Positions 58,301-64,000 of a stretch of 64,000 bases of DNA are shown here, one piece after another; the first letter of the stretch is position 1; every line of letters begins with the position of its first letter. This stretch comes from Piromyces finnis finn (taxonomy: Eukaryota > Fungi > Neocallimastigomycota): contig MCFH01000018.1 of the NCBI GenBank assembly GCA_002104945.1, positions 496,001-560,000 of the forward strand, given 5' to 3'. The position numbers were made by a program, and so were the translations under genes. A model generated the notes under the pieces. It was not told where the DNA came from. It saw nothing but the letters and a program-made list of their open reading frames with translations, and did no database searches.

Positions 58301-60088
58301 AAAAAGTCCATAAAAAATTTTTATTATTAAAGAATAGGGTTAAAATCTTTTAATTCCCCACTTTACATTTCCTTTTACATTTTTCAATTTTACGTACGAA
58401 AAAATTTGTTTTTCCTATTTGAAAGAAGAAAATCTTTTATTAAAAATATTTTTTTTTATTTGTTGGTATTGAATTTATTTAGGAAGGTTTTGGCAAAAAT
58501 GAAATAAAATTCAATAGGGGTTGATGGATTAAATGAAATACATTTTTTTTAAATTATATTAATTTTCTAATTTGGAAAAAAAATCATTTTAAAGAATGTC
58601 AATATACCACTATCACTACTACCACCACCACCCTACAAGTAAAAAGAAAAAAAACTTTAATTTTTTAAATTTTTATTTTGAAAAGTTTTTTCTTTTTTTT
58701 TTTTTGTTATTAATATTATTCCGTTGCCCTATTCATTTATTTCCTTTTAACCAATAATATGAATGAATTTTCATTTTATATTTTCATAAAATTTTTAGTT
58801 TTTTTTAATTTATTATGTTCAATTGAATTAATTTATGAAGCCATTCAATTTATAATATATGGGTTCATTTTATTTTTATCTTTTAAACTCATTTTGATAG
58901 AGTCATGAACAAACTTTTTTTTTTATCTTTAAAACTTAGTCTTTTTTTATTTTAAGAGTCTTTTTCTTTCTTTCTATGGCGAGCTAATAGCAAATTTATT
59001 ATTACTAGGAAAACTAGTATTTACACCATCCATTTTTACACCATCCATTTTATTTATATACTATTTCATTTGAATTTTTTGTTTACATTCTAAAATTTAT
59101 TTATTTTTATTAAAATGAATCTTTCTTTTTTACTCTTTTTTTCTCCATTCATTTAATATACATTAATATATTTATGAATACACTATAATATATTTATCCC
59201 ATATATTACGACTATAAATTATATTAGATGTTATCTTTTAATGAATAAATTGTTTTTTTGTTTTTGTTTTTTTTGTCAATAGAAAGAAAATTCATTCATC
59301 CAATTTCCTTAAAAAGTAATAATTCATTTATTATCCTATTTCATATATTAAAGAGTGTAAAGGCTTAAAATTGAAAAAATATATAACAATATTAACAACC
59401 ATATATTATAGTATATCTAATATATAATAATTTAAATTAATTTTTTTTTTAAATTTCATTCATTGAACGACAAGATATTTTTTTTAATTTAATTATAAAT
59501 GAAAGAAAAGAAAAAGAAAAATGGGTGAGTTAGCAGCAGCAGCAACAACAAACAAAAAGCAATGAAACGTTTACAAGAAAATTTTATGATAGCAAGTATA
59601 AGTAGACTTATCTACTATGCAGATAGAGTTTCGCTATGGTGCTATGGTGATAGTATGGCTATAGTATGCTTTTATTAAGTCTACTTATTTTGAAATGATT
59701 CTCTAATTAATAGATCATTTCTATAAAAGAATTGAAATTAAATAAATGCATGAAATGGAAATGAAAAAAAAAGAATTTAAAATTAAATTAATATCAATAT
59801 ATTTTAATATATTTCAATATATACTAAATATATATTTTAATGAAATCACAACTTTATTTTTACCGCGAACCTTTTTCTTATTCAGTGGTCTAAAGATGGC
59901 TATTTTTCTTCTTTTTGTCCATTAGAGCATTTTCTATTTTTAAAGAAAGAATATGAATAACACTTGTTAAAATAAATATTTAATCATAATAATAGATATA
60001 TATAACTAGTAAAAAAATGGTCAAAATTAGAGCAACAACAGAATTTTTTATAAATTAATCAATCAATAATAAATAAATAAATAGTATA

Positions 60089-60119
<31 letters not shown>

Positions 60120-63100
60120 CTAACTAACTAACTAACTAAATAAATAAATAAATAAATAAATTAATAAATAAATTAATAATAAATAATAAATAAATAAATA
60201 AATAAATAGTATATGAATAAATAAATTCTAATGAATGAATGGATGAATAAATAAATAAATATGTAAATAATAATAATAAATGATATAAATGCTTTGCTCT
60301 TCGCTATTTAAATCAAATCAAATCAATCGCAAAAAAAGAATCTTTTTTATTTAATTTAATTAAAAACTAAAACTTTATTTAATACTAAAATTTGATCTAT
60401 TTTTTTTTTATCAAAAATAATAAATCTTTTTTTATTTTGAAAAGAAAAGGAAAGGAAAGAAATAACAAAAAAAAATTAATATTTTTTTTTTATTAATGAA
60501 AGGATTACTTTTTACTATACCTTTTTACTACTACTAACGATACCATCCATACTGCCATCTATTATATAGTAATTTAAAGGATTTACTTTTTTCATTCTTA
60601 CATCACTAATGAGGATTCCGTTTTTTTTTTCTTTTCATACCACATAAATAAAAAGTGAAATATTATTGGTTGAAAAATTAATACAAATCATTTTCTTTTT
60701 TTAATTAAATTCAAACTTTTTCAATGTAAGAATTCTTCCTTTTCATGAATGAGGGAATGTTTATGGTGATGGTAATGAATGATAATAAAAAATCGTACCT
60801 ATTCCTATTTTTAAATAACAATGATACTATTTAAAAAGATCAAGTCATGTAAAATTTTAGAGGTAAAACTGGCCTACTTAAAGAATTTCATGGCTAGTTA
60901 TTTACTTTTTATAGAGTAAAAACTTTTATGATTTTTTTTTTTTGAAAGAAATCCTTTTTTTAAAATAATTAGAGTATAATGGCTTAATATAAAATAATAA
61001 ATAAAATATATATTTAATAATATATAATAATATACTATTAATAAATTCAAAATGCATTGGAATAATTTATTTTGAAGAAAGACTTTTCTTGATCAAAAAA
61101 AATTGATTCAATATATTCTAATATATAGAGTAGTATATATTAAAAGGGAAAAACTGTCAAAAAACAATTAATGTACAATTATTGTTACATTATTAATAAT
61201 GTATTAATGTATAGATTAATGTTGTGTTAATAAGGATATTCACTAATTATTATTATTATTATTAATGTTGTGCTAAATATTATAATAAGGATTAATTATT
61301 CATTATTATAATTATTCATTTATATATATATATTACATCATATTATAGCTATTTCTTGTTATTTATTTATCCATTCATTTACTTTTTATTAATTAATTAA
61401 TTATTTATTTATTTATTTATTATTTATTTATTATTTATTTATTTATTATTTATTTATTTACTTTTTATTTTTTATTTATTTATTTACTTTTCTTTGTAAA
61501 ACCATCCACTTTTCAAAAAATTATTCTTTAAATAAATTTAAATAATTATAATATATGATTCAATATATTATTTAATATATAATATAAATGAATCATTTAA
61601 AATTTGGATATGTCAATCATTTCAAAATGAAAAAGCTCACACCACTTCATCAATTCCAAAAATATTTGTTTGTCAATGGCATGAATAAAAGATAGTTGAA
61701 AAGTAATTATACTATGAGAGTATAGAAATAAAATCATTAACCAAAAAACTCTTGTCTATCTATTGAGATGGATGTATGTGTAGAACTGTATTATCATATT
61801 TTTACTATGTATTTGTTTCAGGTCAATACATATTCTATATATTAAAAAATAGTCTTTTGCCTTTAATACTCAATTTTTTTTTTTTTAGCTATTAAACTAC
61901 TAATCATTTATTTTAGAAATAAAAAAAAATTTATTTTTTTACTCTACTATATAAAAATAAAATTCCTTTTTTTTTTACCATAGCATTAAATAATAAAAGT
62001 GAAAGACTTTTTGCTTCTCTTTTTCTTTTTGTTGACTTTGGCTTTGTTTCCTAGTTATGATTTTTTTTTTTGAAAAAAAAAAGAGAGGCTAAAAACTTTT
62101 TTTAATCATTAAAATAAATTAAAAAATAATAATAAATAAAGTTTAAAAAATAAAATTTTTAATATATTTATTAATTCTTTTCCATAGATTATGATTCAAT
62201 TGACAATATACGAAGATAATATATTTACCTTCACATCTAAATTTTTTTAATTTAACATCCATAAAAATATGAATCTTTAAAAAAGAATGATTTTAAATGT
62301 ATACAATATGTATATTGTATTGTAAATAGTATAAAAATGAAGAAATACAATGCATGAAATAGATAATAATATTTTAAAATGGCTACCTTTGCTGCAAGTC
62401 CAGTTTGAGGGAGGTAGTTTAATTCTTGAACTAAAAGTAAAGGAATTCGAATTAAAAATAATTTTTTTTTTCATTTTTTATGGTATGATTTTTAGATCTA
62501 TGTGAAAGAAAAAGTTATTTCTTATCATTAGAATTATATTAAAAATAAAAAAACTTTAGATAAATATTAGAAAATCAGTAGTTAATACTATTGTTTATTA
62601 TTTACTATTTTTTTTCCCTAGTACTCTATTAATAAAATGTTTAATTTTTTTCAGTAATAAATTAAATATAGTATCTTTTTTTTTTTTTATTTATTCGGTT
62701 GTTTATTATTTCAAATGAATTAAAAGGGTCACGTTTATTATTTATTAATAAATCAAAAAGAAAAAATGTGATTCAAGGCAGGTCAAGTCATAAAATCATG
62801 AGTTTAATATCCTTGTATACATATTCTCATATACTTTTATATAGTGAAACATTTTTTACCTTCTTAATAAGTGTTAAAGGTAAAATTTAATATAGAAAAA
62901 AAAAAAAAGAGAATCATTATATTCCTTTCTATTAATTATTTTTTATTAAAAATCAATGGTAAATGGGTCAAAAAAAAATAATTTCAGATGACACTAAACC
63001 AAACCAAACAAAATGTGTAAAAAAAAGTTTTTTTTTCCCTTTTACATTCATAATAAATATTATGAATAAAGAGATCATCATTCATTTTAATACCAGGTAT

Positions 63101-64000
63101 CTCCATCAAAACATGATATAAATAAATAATTATTAAAGAAAAAAAAAAGTATTATTTATACTCTAATAGTCCTTTATCCTTTTAAAAAAGGATCCCATTT
63201 TTTTTTTAAAAAAAAAGTATCATTATTTATCGTTATTTTCCCACTGTGATAATACCTAAAAACACATCAACATTCATTTTTTTTTAAAAAAAAGACCAGT
63301 CAATCTTGTCATTCTATAAGAATAAATTGGTTCTATCTTTTTTTTTTTTTTTTTTTTAGGTTAAAACTCTAATTATTGTCACTTTTTTTAATATTTTTTA
63401 TTTCCTTTTTTGTCATTAATTTATACAGAAAAATAGTTAAAATTTATATTAATTTTTTTTTTTGAAATTTAAAATAAAGAAAAAGTAAAAAAAAAAAAAA
63501 GAAAAGAAGAATAAGTTCAAAGTCATTCTAATAATAATTATTATTGATTTTATTATTATTACTTTAAATTCTTTAACCATTTTATTTTTTTTAATAGAAG
63601 TTAAATCCACAAAAAAAAGAGTTTTAAAAAGGTTCATCAAGACATTTTTTTTTTAATTATTAAATATTAAAAATTAATTTTTTATTAAAAAAAAATCTTT
63701 CTATGACTCATTTTTTTTATTTTTTATTTTTATTATTTGAATAAAGTAAAAAAGCTAAAAAAAAAAAAAAAAAAAAAAAAAAAACAATCGATGATAATAG
63801 CAACAATAAATAAACAAACAAACAAATAATCAATCGTACCTGCATTCATTTTCTAATTTTTTCTTTATTTTTTTATTTATTTCAATTAATAAAATTTATA
63901 TAAAATTAATAAAATACAATAATTATCACAATTACATTTACATTTACAATTTTTATTTTTATTAGTAGTTTTGGTATTTTTTTTTAAAAAAGTTTTGCCA

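Overview
Extremely AT-rich eukaryotic genomic DNA with GT-AG introns, long homopolymer runs and poly-Asn/Gln proteins. It is most consistent with an anaerobic gut fungus (Neocallimastigomycota), inferred from composition, a fungal dockerin remnant and a flagellar central-pair gene. Supported host genes are a secreted 2xLysM protein (+), proteasome lid subunit RPN5 (+), an MscS-like EF-hand channel (-), an atypical giant Ras-like protein (+), a C8orf74/CFAP119 (CLAMP)-family protein (-), ESCRT-III SNF7 (-), an Asn-rich C2H2 transcription factor with probable assembly frameshifts (-) and a Pho80/Pcl-type cyclin (-). There is also an intronless orphan ORF with a nested D/N-rich minisatellite and at least two decayed gene relics. 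The most striking unexplained feature is a ~42% GC, ~550-bp non-coding insertion at 12147-12693. It has a tRNA-like head with a Pol III B-box, a densely base-paired body, an A14 tail and a perfect 13-bp target-site duplication, and is best read as a candidate young SINE or retroposed structured RNA. There is no CRISPR array, rRNA or canonical tRNA. Exon coordinates were read by eye and may be off by 1-2 nt.
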